Of a DNA stretch of 64,000 nt, positions 29,224 through 40,106 are shown piece after piece (position 1 is the stretch's first letter; the number at the start of each line of letters is the position of its first letter). This stretch comes from Candidatus Binatia bacterium (GTDB lineage: Bacteria; Desulfobacterota; Binatia; Bin18), in NCBI GenBank assembly GCA_963666315.2, contig CAXXHG010000015.1, positions 128,001 to 192,000 of the forward strand. The letters run 5' to 3'. The notes beneath the pieces were generated by a model. That model was not told the DNA's origin and made no database searches. It saw only the letters and a program-made list of their open reading frames with translations. Position numbers and translations under genes: made by a program.

Positions 29224-31626
29224 ATGACGGGCACTACCGATTGGGTTGTACATTTTAACGGCTTCGATCCGGAACGGGAGCGCCTGCGCGAAACACTGTC
29301 CACCCTCGGCAATGGGTATTTTGCCACCCGTGGGGCGGCAGAAGAGGCACAGCCGGAGACAATCCACTATCCCGGCACATATCTCGCCGGAGGCTATAAT
29401 CGTCTAAAAACCGAGATCGCCGGGCGCAGCATTGAAAGCGAAGACTTCGTCAATATGCCCAACTGGCTGTGCCTCTCCTTTCGACCACAAGACGGCGAGT
29501 GGTTCAGTCCAGCCAGCTACGAACTGCTGACGCATGAGCGTCACCTTAACCTCCAGTACGCCGTCCTTACGCGTACTTCTCGCGTACGCGACCAGCAAGG
29601 ACGGGAAACAACGATTAGCACTCGCCGCCTGGTCAGCATGGCTGATCCACACCTGGCCGGTACCGAAATGACGTTGACCGCACAGAACTGGTCTGGACCG
29701 ATGCAGATTCGTACGGCCCTGGATGGGCGTATCGTCAATGCGGGGGTCAAACGCTACCAACAACTGAACAGCCGGCACCTTACACCGCTGGAAACTGCGG
29801 CTGTGGATGAAGACGGAATCGCACTTCTCGTCAAGACAAACCAGTCCCAGCTACGTGTTGCCCAAGCCGCACGTACCCAGGTCTTTCAACACGGCAAAGC
29901 AGTTGCCCTCGACCGGCAGACACGAGAGAAGCCCGGCTATATCGCCCAAGAGCTTACGTTCGAAGTCGAATCCGGGCAAGCAGTCACGATCGAAAAAATC
30001 GTGACACTGTATACCTCACGGGATCGGGCAATTGCAGAATGCAGCGCTGCAGCCAAACACGCTCTCGGTCGGGCGAGCCGTTTCCCTGCGCTCCTAGATC
30101 AGCACACCCGAGCCTGGCTGGAACTCTGGAAGACCTATGACATCGTTGTAGAGGGCAGCCCAAGAATCCAGCTTTTACTTCGGCTGCACGCATTCCACCT
30201 GCTCCAAACGGTCTCTACTCATACGCTGGGTCTGGATGTGAGCATTCCCGCCCGCGGCCTCCACGGCGAGGCCTATCGCGGACACATTTTTTGGGATGAA
30301 CTGTTCATCTTCCCTTTTTTTACCCCACGTACGCCGGCATTGACCCGCAGTCTGTTGCTTTACCGCTACCGACGCCTGCCGCAAGCTCGACGGGCCGCCC
30401 GCCAGGCGGGGTATCAAGGCGCGATGTATCCCTGGCAAAGCGGCAGCGATGGGCGTGAAGAAAGCCAGCGGGTCCATCTGAACCCGAGTTCCGGACGCTG
30501 GATTCCTGACCACAGCTCGTTGCAGCGACATATCAGCATCGCCATTGCGTACAACATCTGGCACTACTACCAAGCCACCGCTGACCAAGAGTTTTTGACC
30601 CACTACGGCGCGGAAATGCTCTTGGATATCGCGCGCTTTTGTGCCAGTCTCACAACCTATAATCAAAACCTTGAACGATACGAAATCCTCGGCGTGATGG
30701 GCCCGGACGAATATCATGAACGATACCCGGATACGGACCAACCCGGACTCAATAATAATGCCTACACGAATGTCATGACGGTCTGGACTCTCCAGCGTGC
30801 ACTCGACGTTCTGGATCTTTTATCTCCAAACAGGGCCGAGGCTCTCCAGGCTCAACTCGACATTAGCCAGGATGACTGTGCGCGCTGGACAGACATCACG
30901 CGTAAGATGCGCGTCGTTTTCCAGGCTGACGGCATCATCAGTCAGTTTGAAGGCTTTGAAACGCTGCGCGAGTTCGATTGGGACGGGTATCAACACAAAT
31001 ACGGGAATATTGACCGGCTCGACCGTATCCTTGAAGCCGAGGGTGATAGTGTCGATCACTACCAGGCCACTAAACAGGCTGATACCTTAATGCTGTTCTA
31101 TCTTCTTCCCGTGGACGAAGTTGCGCAGCTCTTCCAGCAGCTCGGCTACCCCATGAATCACGACACGGTCCAGAAAAACATCGACTACTACTATCGCCGC
31201 ACTTCGCACGGCTCAACCTTAAGCCGGGTGGTGCATGCCTGGATACTGGCACGGCTTGATCCTCAGCTCTCCTGGCAGCTTTTTGTCGAAGCGTTACAAA
31301 GTGACGTGAGTGATATTCAAGCAGGGACGACGGAAGAAGGCATCCACACCGGAGTCATGGCCGGCACGCTCGACCTAATCCAGCGCTGCTATATGGGTAT
31401 GGAAATGCGAGATGAGGTGGTCTGGTTTAATCCGTGTTTGCCCGAAGCGCTCTCGCAGGGTGTATCTTTCCGCTTTCAGTATCGCGGTTGCTGGTTCTCC
31501 ATTCGCGCAACTCGGCAGACCATCCAGGTGACGTTTGATTCCGGTCAGCAACCCACAGCAAAAATCGGCATCTGTGGTCGGATCCACGAAGTCCAGCAGG
31601 GTGAGGGACGCGAGTTTTCGCTGTAA
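29224..31626 (+). CDS. glycoside hydrolase family 65 (trehalose/maltose phosphorylase-like)
   Basis: LGNGYFATRG, ARGLHGEAYRGHIFWDE, GPDEYH, KQAD, HGSTLS. Confidence 0.93.
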   Translation: MTGTTDWVVHFNGFDPERERLRETLSTLGNGYFATRGAAEEAQPETIHYPGTYLAGGYNRLKTEIAGRSIESEDFVNMPNWLCLSFRPQDGEWFSPASYELLTHERHLNLQYAVLTRTSRVRDQQGRETTISTRRLVSMADPHLAGTEMTLTAQNWSGPMQIRTALDGRIVNAGVKRYQQLNSRHLTPLETAAVDEDGIALLVKTNQSQLRVAQAARTQVFQHGKAVALDRQTREKPGYIAQELTFEVESGQAVTIEKIVTLYTSRDRAIAECSAAAKHALGRASRFPALLDQHTRAWLELWKTYDIVVEGSPRIQLLLRLHAFHLLQTVSTHTLGLDVSIPARGLHGEAYRGHIFWDELFIFPFFTPRTPALTRSLLLYRYRRLPQARRAARQAGYQGAMYPWQSGSDGREESQRVHLNPSSGRWIPDHSSLQRHISIAIAYNIWHYYQATADQEFLTHYGAEMLLDIARFCASLTTYNQNLERYEILGVMGPDEYHERYPDTDQPGLNNNAYTNVMTVWTLQRALDVLDLLSPNRAEALQAQLDISQDDCARWTDITRKMRVVFQADGIISQFEGFETLREFDWDGYQHKYGNIDRLDRILEAEGDSVDHYQATKQADTLMLFYLLPVDEVAQLFQQLGYPMNHDTVQKNIDYYYRRTSHGSTLSRVVHAWILARLDPQLSWQLFVEALQSDVSDIQAGTTEEGIHTGVMAGTLDLIQRCYMGMEMRDEVVWFNPCLPEALSQGVSFRFQYRGCWFSIRATRQTIQVTFDSGQQPTAKIGICGRIHEVQQGEGREFSL

Positions 31627-31747
31627 CCCGCGCTCTTCGCGCGATCCCCGACACGTGCCTGCCTGACCAGCGTTGCACGCTCGCTGGGCAAAACGCTACG
31701 CACTGAGGAGCAGTGCCCTTCAACAGCGATACTCATGAGCTCTAGCC

Positions 31748-33055
31748 ATGCACGCGGCCGGTCCCACATTCCGCCTCCTTGAAGATCCATACTATAGTCA
31801 TGCCTTAGCCCGGTCGCAGCCAGGTGTCGTTGCCGCGCAGAACCGCATTATCTATGGAGACAATTTACCAGTCCTGCAAGCCTTGTGCTTGGAATTCACC
31901 AGCAGCATCAAATTTATCTATCTAGATCCGCCGTATAACACCGGCAACACGTTTCCCCATTACGACGATGGCAGGGCCCACGAGCAGTGGCTTACCGACC
32001 TGCAACCTCGACTCACCTTACTCTGGTCCTTGCTGCGTCAAGACGGGCTGCTGGTCATACAAATCGATGACAATGAATTTGCCCGCCTGTATCTCTTGCT
32101 GGCTGACCTGTGGGGGGAACACAACCTCAAGACGATATGCGTAAAAATGGCGGAGCCAACCGGTGTCAAAATGGCACACGCCAGGGCACATGGCAGCATA
32201 CCCAAACTGAAAGAATATCTCATCTTAGCAGGCAAGTCGGGCGTTCGTGGCTTACATCCGGAACGGATCGGCAAAGACAGCTGGGATCCGGAGTATCGAT
32301 GGGTCGTCAGCCATGCGAGTCCCGAAGCGATCCACACCCTCAAAGCTATTATTGAGAATTCGGCACGTACGACAGACGACGTGCGCCAGGCGGACGCCAT
32401 CTGTCATCATTTCTCGCTTGAACCGCTTGATGCCGTCTGCCAACGAGAAACCGACGCCTACGCCAACCCGGAATGGCTCCAGGCCAATGCCTGGCGCATA
32501 GTCCGGACGTGCTCGACCAGTACCACGGCAAAGCAGCGCGCGGATCATAAGCGCCCAACACTCGATCCAGACGCGGGCGCATTCACCATCGAGACAGCAC
32601 GGCGCAAACTCTACGTCATGACCCGCCACTACAATCCAGACCGGGCGCAGCCTCGTATGCGGATCCTGTTTGCCGCTGACTACCTCACCGTCCACCCGGG
32701 AGACTTTTGGGCAGACATTAAAACAACGGGCTTAGGTGACGAAGGAGGGGTAACCTTCACCAAGGGCAAGAAGCCCGAAGCCCTCTTAAAACGCATTATT
32801 GGGATGGCCACCCAACCCGGCGACTGGGTCTTAGACGCCTTTGCCGGGTCTGGAACAACAGGAGCGGTTGCGCATAAGATGGGCCGGCGTTGGATCATGA
32901 TAGAGCACGGCAAGCACTGCCACACACATCTGCTGCCGCGTCTTCGAGGCGTCATCGACGGCTCGGATCAGACCGGCATTAGTAAGAGCCTGCAGTGGCA
33001 AGGCGGCGGAGGCTTTCGGTATTTTCAGCTCGCTGCGGTCACTCAGCGGTCCTGA
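31748..33055 (+). CDS. site-specific DNA adenine methyltransferase, type III Mod-like (orphan)
   Basis: IYLDPPYNTG, KKPEALLKRII, LDAFAGSGTTGAVAHKMGR, WQGGGGFRYF; no Res gene adjacent. Confidence 0.88.
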   Translation: MHAAGPTFRLLEDPYYSHALARSQPGVVAAQNRIIYGDNLPVLQALCLEFTSSIKFIYLDPPYNTGNTFPHYDDGRAHEQWLTDLQPRLTLLWSLLRQDGLLVIQIDDNEFARLYLLLADLWGEHNLKTICVKMAEPTGVKMAHARAHGSIPKLKEYLILAGKSGVRGLHPERIGKDSWDPEYRWVVSHASPEAIHTLKAIIENSARTTDDVRQADAICHHFSLEPLDAVCQRETDAYANPEWLQANAWRIVRTCSTSTTAKQRADHKRPTLDPDAGAFTIETARRKLYVMTRHYNPDRAQPRMRILFAADYLTVHPGDFWADIKTTGLGDEGGVTFTKGKKPEALLKRIIGMATQPGDWVLDAFAGSGTTGAVAHKMGRRWIMIEHGKHCHTHLLPRLRGVIDGSDQTGISKSLQWQGGGGFRYFQLAAVTQRS

Positions 33056-33849
33056 TACACCCCGTCTCGTTTTTCTCGAAACGCCTTGACTGCTTCGCGC
33101 ATATCTTCGCTGCCGAAGCAGGCCAGGCCAAGATAGGCATCTGCATAGGTAATATCACCGGACCGATTCGTCTGGAGCGCACGGAAAAAATCTTTGGTTC
33201 GTCGCAGCGCCATGGGTGGCCGACCAATGAGTTTGTGGGCCCATGCCCGTGCGGTTGATGCAAGCTGGTCGAGCGGCACTACTTGGTTCACGAGTCCGAC
33301 GTCGAGGGCCTCTGCGGCACTGAGTTCATCACACGTCATGACGAGTTCTTTGGCTTTGGCCATGCCGACTAGGTTAATCAGACGGGTAATGGAGCCCCAC
33401 ATATACGGCACCCCAAGGCGCACCTCCGGGATCCACATGCGGGCCTCGGACGCCACAATCCGAAAATCGCAAGCCATGGCTAACGACACCCCCCCGCCGA
33501 CAGCAAAGCCGTTGACGGCCGCTATCGTGATCTGATCTAAACGCTCCCATTCGTCCATAATACGCCAGCCGGTTTTGGACAGGCGTAGGCGGGCGGCGTC
33601 GCTCATCTGCGCCTGTGCACCAGGCTCACTCCCTGCAGACAGCATTTTCATGTCAGCCCCAACACAGAACGATTTGCCCTGCCCGGTGAGCACCACCACG
33701 CGGGTTTCTTCGTCGGCTTGAAAGGTCCGAGCGATATCCAGAAACTCGTGCATCACTTGTTCGTTGATCGGGTTGAGTTTATCTGGACGATTAAACAACA
33801 CCGTCGCGATCTGACCCGATCGGTCCACACGAAAAGTTTCATATTCCAT
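33043..33849 (-). CDS. enoyl-CoA hydratase/isomerase family protein
   Basis: FNRPDKLN, FCVGAD, AVNGFAVGGG, ACDFR, PEVRLG. Confidence 0.92.
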   Translation of the reverse strand: MEYETFRVDRSGQIATVLFNRPDKLNPINEQVMHEFLDIARTFQADEETRVVVLTGQGKSFCVGADMKMLSAGSEPGAQAQMSDAARLRLSKTGWRIMDEWERLDQITIAAVNGFAVGGGVSLAMACDFRIVASEARMWIPEVRLGVPYMWGSITRLINLVGMAKAKELVMTCDELSAAEALDVGLVNQVVPLDQLASTARAWAHKLIGRPPMALRRTKDFFRALQTNRSGDITYADAYLGLACFGSEDMREAVKAFREKRDGVYQDR

Positions 33850-33942
33850 ACTGTCCTCCTTTTCATGATCTGCTCATGATCTGCACGTTCTCCGGAGCGA
33901 GAGAAACACAGGTCTATCGGTCGTATCAACTTCAGGCGGTGG

Positions 33943-36606
33943 GCAGCATCCGGCCATCCTGGGTGCAACCGACGCCTTTGCCCAAGCTGAGATCCTCACC
34001 CTGTATGACCCGGATCGCGCCCAAGTCGTCTCCCACGCCGGACGTATCAGCACCTGGGAGACTTTCCTCACCGACGTTCGCGCCCAGCTTGGCATCCACA
34101 AGGCCAACCAAGGTACCGGACTCCGTATTCTGACCGAGACAGTCATCTCGCCCACCCTCGCGCGGCAACTGTAGACGCTGCTGAGCGATTTCCCGCAGGC
34201 CGAGTGGCATCAATACGAGCCCGCCGGACGCCATCATGCTCATGCCGGCGCTCGGCTTGCTTTTGGCGCAGCAGTCGAAACGCACTATCACCTCGACCAG
34301 GCAGACGTCGTAGTCAGCCTGGTGCAGATTTTCTAGGAACGTTCTCAGACAGCGTTCGCACGACTCGAGATTTTTCGGCGCGACGGCGTGTTGACGACCC
34401 GCAGGCGAACATGAATCGCCTGTACGTGCTGGAGAGCACTCCATCGATTACGGGCGCGATTGCGCATCATCACCTGCCTCTCCGTCCGCGTGAAATTGGA
34501 CAGTTCGCACGAATATTAGCCCAGCAGCTCGGCGTCTCGGGGATTGTGGAGTCCTCGGTAGCTTTACCACAAGAAGCGCAGCGGTGGATACACCCTCTGC
34601 TGCATGAACTCAAACAACATCAGGGTGCAAGTCTGATCATTGTCGGCGAAGGCCAACCGCCGCTGCTACACGCCCTGGGTCACGTCCTCAATCACGCTCT
34701 AGGCAATATTGGCACCACGGTCAGCTATACCGAATCAGCCGAAGCCCACCCCACCGATCATATTGACTCGCTACGTGCTTTGGTCCGCGACATGCAAGCC
34801 GGCCAGGCAGATACGCTGCTCATCCTCGGGGACAATCCAGTCTACACCGCGCCGGCCGATCTCGATTTCGCCGCGCATCTGGCTCCGGTCAAGGTGCGCA
34901 TGCATCTCGGCATATATGAAGATGAGACCGCGGCCTTATGCCAGTGGCATATCCCTGAGGCACATCCGCTCGAAACCTGGAGCGATGCACGCGCGGCCGA
35001 TGGAACGGCAACCATTCTGCAGCCCCTGATTGCCCCGCTGTACGACGGCAAGTCAGCCCATGAACTGCTGGTTGCGCTCTTTGATCAGTCCGGCCGTTCC
35101 GGCCACGATATTGTTCAGGATTACTGGCGTAACGACTGGGTTCAGCACCACCAAGCCTCCCACCCAGCCGATTTCAACACGTTTCGGCAAACGGCGCTGC
35201 ACGACGGCATTGTTGTCGGGAGCGCATTTCCAACCAAGTCGATCACACCCCGAACCGACCTGGCGGACTGGACCGAACGCTCTACGGTCGGAGAATCCGG
35301 AGATGCGGACCAGCCGACATTCGATCTCATCTTTCAGCCCGATCCGACCATCTGGGACGGCCGATTTGCCAATAATGGCTGGCTGCAAGAACTGCCCAAA
35401 CCACTCACCAAGCTGACATAGGATAACGCCGCTCTTGTGAGCTTGCATATGGCTGAGCAGCTCGGTATCACGAATGAAGATGTGGTCGAGCTGCGTTTCG
35501 ACGGCCACAGCGTCGAGGCACCGATCTGGATTACGCCCGGCCACGTGGACAAGGCGGTCACTATTCATCTGGGTTACGGACGCACCAGAGCAGGCCGCGT
35601 GGGGACAGGCGTCGGCTTCAACGCCTACGCGTTGCGGACAACACGGGCATTGTGGTCCGCCAGCGGTCTTGAAATCCGCAAGACGGGCAAAACACACGCC
35701 CTGGCCTGTACTCAAGATCATTCCAATATGGAGGGCCGGCCGCTCATCCGGACGGGCACCCTGACCGAATACCGGCAACATCCCCACTTCGCGCAGGAGA
35801 TGGCCCATGATCCGCCGCCCGAGCTGAGCATGCATCCGGCCTATAGCTATGATGGCTATGCCTGGGGCATGACCATAGACCTGAACTCGTGCATTGGTTG
35901 TAACGCCTGCACTATCGCCTGCCAGGCGGAAAATAATATTCCCGTAGTCGGCAAAGAGCAGGTTGCCGCCGGCCGCGAGATGCACTGGATACGCATAGAC
36001 CGGTATTATTCCGGCGACCTGGATAACCCTGAGACCGACCATCAGCCCATACCCTGCATGCAGTGCGAAAATGCGCCGTGTGAAGTCGTCTGTCCGGTCG
36101 GGGCAACCGCCCACAGTGATGAGGGCCTGAATGACATGGTCTACAACCGCTGTGTGGGCACGAGATACTGTTCGAATAACTGTCCGTATAAAGTGCGGCG
36201 CTTTAACTTCTTCCAGTACGCCGATTACGACACACCCAGCCTCAAACTGCTCAATAACCCTGACGTCACGGTTCGCAATCGCGGCGTCATGGAAAAATGC
36301 ACCTACTGCGTTCAGCGCATCAACACTGTTCGCATAGACGCCAAAAAAGAAGACCGCTCTATCCGCGACGGCGAAATCGTTCCCGCTTGTGTCCAATTGT
36401 GCCCGGCGCAAGCCATTACGTTCGGCGATATCAATGACGCACAGAGTCGCGTCTCGCAACGCCGAGCTGAACCACGCCAGTACGGTCTGTTGACCGAACT
36501 CAACACCCGACCACGTACGACCTATCTGTCCAAGCTGCGCAACCCCAATCCCGAGCTTGCCCCGCAGACCCAAGGTGGCCGGCACGACAAGCCGCAGCAC
36601 ACATAA
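33943..36606 (+). pseudogene. actB: alternative complex III subunit ActB (molybdopterin-oxidoreductase-like + 4Fe-4S domain); 5' truncated, TAG ~34171, frameshift ~34320, TAG 35419
   Basis: GATDAFAQAEILTLYDPDR, NNGWLQELPKPLTKLT*DNAA, CIGCNACTIAC, CMQCENAPCEVVCP, CVGTRYCSNNCPY, EKCTYC. Confidence 0.9.
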
Positions 36607-36617
36607 GAGTAGAAGAG

Positions 36618-36797
36618 CACGCGTTTCACATGATTATCGGTATAGGCATTCTCACCGTCTTGGCGGTCATGTAGTGGCGCAACCGCTTTTCATCGAACTA
36701 TTACGCACCGGTCGAGGTGACTGGATTGTACTGGCATTTTGTTGATATCGCGTGGATCTTTTTATTCCCGCTGCTGTATTTGATTGGACGACACTAA
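36618..36797 (+). pseudogene. cytochrome c oxidase subunit III, C-terminal fragment with internal TAG
   Basis: HAFHMIIGIG...[24 protein letters not shown]. Confidence 0.85.
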
Positions 36798-37147
36798 TGG
36801 CACAGCATATTGCTACACTGAAGTCGTATTACACCGTCTTTGCTTCTCTTCTTGTCCTGACCGGTGTCACCGTCTGGGTCGCGTTTATGGATCTTGGCGC
36901 ACTCAATAATGTGATTGCGCTCAGCATCGCAGTGGCCAAGGCCGTGCTCGTCATCCTGTTCTTCATGCATGTGCGTCAGAATAGCCAACTCACTAAGCTC
37001 TTTGTCGGAGTCGGCTTTTTCTGGCTCGTGATTCTGATCAGTTTCACGCTGGGCGATATCTTCACCCGCGATCGGCTGTCTGTCCCACAGGGGTGGCAGC
37101 AGACAGAGGCTGCCGTTACGATCTCCTCACCCGGCTCGCATCCCTAA
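36797..37147 (+). CDS. cytochrome c oxidase subunit IV family protein
   Basis: IAVAKAVLVILFFMHVR; three TM helices; TAATG overlap with the upstream stop. Confidence 0.85.
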   Translation: MAQHIATLKSYYTVFASLLVLTGVTVWVAFMDLGALNNVIALSIAVAKAVLVILFFMHVRQNSQLTKLFVGVGFFWLVILISFTLGDIFTRDRLSVPQGWQQTEAAVTISSPGSHP

Positions 37148-37420
37148 AGGCCATATTTCTCTGAGACGCCTCGCCGCTTCGGAACAGCTGGCCAATACGA
37201 CCCAATGTTCGTATTGCCACTTCACTTCCTCTGAGCTGAGACAGTAGACGCTGCTCTTCTTGTGCCTCCCCTTTTCCGATACCGTCGGCCAACAGGTCGA
37301 CATGTCCGAGTAAGACTTCCAGAACGTTACGTCGGCTCATGAAAGCGTGCACGACAACGTACCGAACGTGTATGAAAATGTGCCAGGAAATGCGTACGGG
37401 AACGTGCTAAGAAAACGCGT

Positions 37421-38476
37421 ATGAACACCATGGCGGTCGTCACTCCCGGTCCGATCGAAAGCCACCCTCTACAGCCATGGGATTTGCCGACTCCTCAACC
37501 AGCACAAGGTCAAGTGCGCATTTGCGTTGACGTGTGTGGGGTATGTCGAACCGATCTACACATAGCCGAGGGTGAGCTACCGCCACACCGCAGCCCTATT
37601 GTTCCTGGTCATGAGGCGGTGGGGACTGTGGTACGATGTGGGCCTGGAGTCCGGCAACTCAAAGAAGGTGACCGGGTCGGAGTGGCCTGGCTGTATACCG
37701 CCTGCATGCACTGCCCGTATTGCCGGCGGGGAGAAGAGAACTTGTGCGCGATGCCGCGGTTCACCGGCTACGATGAGCATGGCGGCTATGCTGAGTATAT
37801 GGTCGCCCCGGAAGCATTTGTGTATCCGCTCCCGTCGGGTCTCTCATCAGTTGAGGCTGCCCCTTTTCTGTGTGCGGGCATTATAGGCTACCGGGCGCTG
37901 CGACGCTGTGGCATACAACCAAAGCAGCGCCTGGGTTTATACGGCTTTGGTGGCTCTGCGCATATCGTGATCCAAATTGCTCGCTATTGGGACTGCGAGG
38001 TCTACGTTGTCACGCGCGGAGAGCAACACCGCGCGCTTGCCCTGCAGTTGGGGGCAACTTGGGTGGGCGTGGCACACGACCCAATGCCGGAAAAGCTGCA
38101 TGCAGCCATTATCTTTGCCCCGGCGGGCACACTTGTTCCGCTCGCTCTCGCAGCGCTTGATCGGGGAGGTCGCTTGGCGTTGGCCGGCGTATATATGACT
38201 CAGATTCCAGCCCTCGACTATGAAGAGACCCTGTTCTATGAGCGAACGCTGTGTAGTGTGACCGCCAATACCCGTCAGGATGGGCGCGAATTGTTCAGTC
38301 TGGCCCAAGACATCCCACTCCATACCCACACAGAAGTATTTCCCCTAGACCAAGCAAACATCGCTCTCACACGGCTGAAAGACGGCCTGCTCAACGGGGC
38401 AGCAGTCCTTCAGGTCCAAGAGCAGATCCAGGAATCAGATCCATGCGACCGAATAAAGCGGAACGTATACCTATGA
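37421..38476 (+). CDS. zinc-dependent alcohol dehydrogenase family protein
   Basis: CGVCRTDLH, PGHE, CMHCPYC...ENLC, CAGIIGYRAL, YGFGGSAH. Confidence 0.92.
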   Translation: MNTMAVVTPGPIESHPLQPWDLPTPQPAQGQVRICVDVCGVCRTDLHIAEGELPPHRSPIVPGHEAVGTVVRCGPGVRQLKEGDRVGVAWLYTACMHCPYCRRGEENLCAMPRFTGYDEHGGYAEYMVAPEAFVYPLPSGLSSVEAAPFLCAGIIGYRALRRCGIQPKQRLGLYGFGGSAHIVIQIARYWDCEVYVVTRGEQHRALALQLGATWVGVAHDPMPEKLHAAIIFAPAGTLVPLALAALDRGGRLALAGVYMTQIPALDYEETLFYERTLCSVTANTRQDGRELFSLAQDIPLHTHTEVFPLDQANIALTRLKDGLLNGAAVLQVQEQIQESDPCDRIKRNVYL

Positions 38477-39900
38477 GTAACGTATTTTCAGCCCTTCCGC
38501 GCAAAACAAGAATTGTGTGCACCCTGGGTCCGGCGACACTCTCAGAAGCCACACTGCGGGGTCTGCTCCAAGCCGGGATGAATGTCGCTCGTTTGAACTG
38601 CTCGCATGGTACCCAGGCCGAGCACGGCGAACGCATCGCTTGCATTCGAAAACTGGCCGCTGAAGCACATACACCAGTTGCCATTCTCCTGGATCTTGCC
38701 GGACCGAAAGTCCGCGTGGGATCGTTTCAGGCCGGACCGGTCGAGCTCCGTGAGGGTGATCCGTTTACCCTGACCACTCGTACCGTCGAAGGCACATCCC
38801 ATCGGGTATCGGTCTCATATCCTGACCTGCCCGCTGAGGTAAAAGTCGGCGATGTCCTCCTCCTGTCGGACGGTGCGTTGGAATTGGTCGTTCGACAGGT
38901 GACACAGGAAGAGATCCACTGTCAGGTTGTTGTCGGCGGAACACTCAGTGCCCACAAGGGCGTCAACTGCCCGTCCGGACTGCTTGGGCTGCCTATTCTG
39001 GGCGAGAAAGACATCCGCGACCTCCAGTTTGGGCTGGACCAGGGTGTCGATTATATTGGCCTGTCGTTTGTCCGCACGGCTGACGACGTACGGACCGCCA
39101 AGCAGGAAATTGCCCAACGCGGAGGATCTACTCCGATTATTGCGAAAATCGAGACACAGGCTGCCCTCGCCGCTTTTGACGACATATTGGCCGAGGCGGA
39201 CGGGATCATGGTAGCCCGTGGCGACCTCGCCATCGAAACCCCGTTCTCCCGCGTTCCGATGATCCAAAAACAACTGATTTATCGCGCCAACCAACAAGCC
39301 AAGCCGGTGATTACCGCCACCCAGATGCTGTGGTCCATGGTGGATGCTCCGCGTCCGACCAGAGCCGAAGTCGCGGATGTAGCCAATGCCATTATCGATG
39401 GCAGTGATGCCGTGATGCTGTCCGAAGAAACCGCTATTGGACACAACCCTATTCGCGCGGTGCAGACGATGGCAGCCATTGCGACCGATACGGAACGCGC
39501 CTGGCTACGATTGTTCTCCCCTGATATACAGGAGTCGGACGATACCGCGGGCCCGACCGGAGTAGAAGCCATCGCCCAAGCCGCCTGCCACATGGCTACC
39601 CACCTGAGCGTCGAAGCGCTAGTGGCCGTGACACTTTCTGGTTTTACTGCGCGCTTTGTAGCCAAATTCCGCCCACTCCAGCCCATCATTGCAGCAACTC
39701 CCAAACCGGAAACCTACCGACAACTCGCCTTAGTCAGAGGAGTCTCGCCTCTGCTGCTTCCAGACACAGCCACAAACCGAGGCGAGATGATCGAACTGAC
39801 CCGGCGCTTTTTGCGTCAACATGGATGGCAGGGAAAACGTGTGATTATTGCTGCAAGTATTTCAGCTGACCACAACGTATTAACAACAGACATCCTCTAG
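38473..39900 (+). CDS. pyk: pyruvate kinase
   Basis: KTRIVCTLGPA, ARLNCSHG, IIAKIE, DGIMVARGDL, ATQML, PTRAE, DAVMLSEETA. Confidence 0.96.
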   Translation: MSNVFSALPRKTRIVCTLGPATLSEATLRGLLQAGMNVARLNCSHGTQAEHGERIACIRKLAAEAHTPVAILLDLAGPKVRVGSFQAGPVELREGDPFTLTTRTVEGTSHRVSVSYPDLPAEVKVGDVLLLSDGALELVVRQVTQEEIHCQVVVGGTLSAHKGVNCPSGLLGLPILGEKDIRDLQFGLDQGVDYIGLSFVRTADDVRTAKQEIAQRGGSTPIIAKIETQAALAAFDDILAEADGIMVARGDLAIETPFSRVPMIQKQLIYRANQQAKPVITATQMLWSMVDAPRPTRAEVADVANAIIDGSDAVMLSEETAIGHNPIRAVQTMAAIATDTERAWLRLFSPDIQESDDTAGPTGVEAIAQAACHMATHLSVEALVAVTLSGFTARFVAKFRPLQPIIAATPKPETYRQLALVRGVSPLLLPDTATNRGEMIELTRRFLRQHGWQGKRVIIAASISADHNVLTTDIL

Positions 39901-40106
39901 CCCAAAAGCGTGAGCGTAGTGCTAAAGAAGCTTCAACCAGAGAGCGTGTCTAATAGGTGTCTCTGTGGCCCAAGCCAGAGCGAAAGCGGCGTGACCAAGG
40001 CGCCCGAAGCAGCCATATCCGCTGTGATATGGCGATGCAGGGCAACGCCCAGAATGGACTTTTTAGACACGCTCTGAGCTCTTCTCCACAATACAAAGGA
40101 CATGGT

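Noticed and set aside
35053-36600. 515-aa minus-strand ORF
   Set aside because: Antisense shadow of actB with no recognisable motifs; the same applies to most short overlapping ORFs in the track
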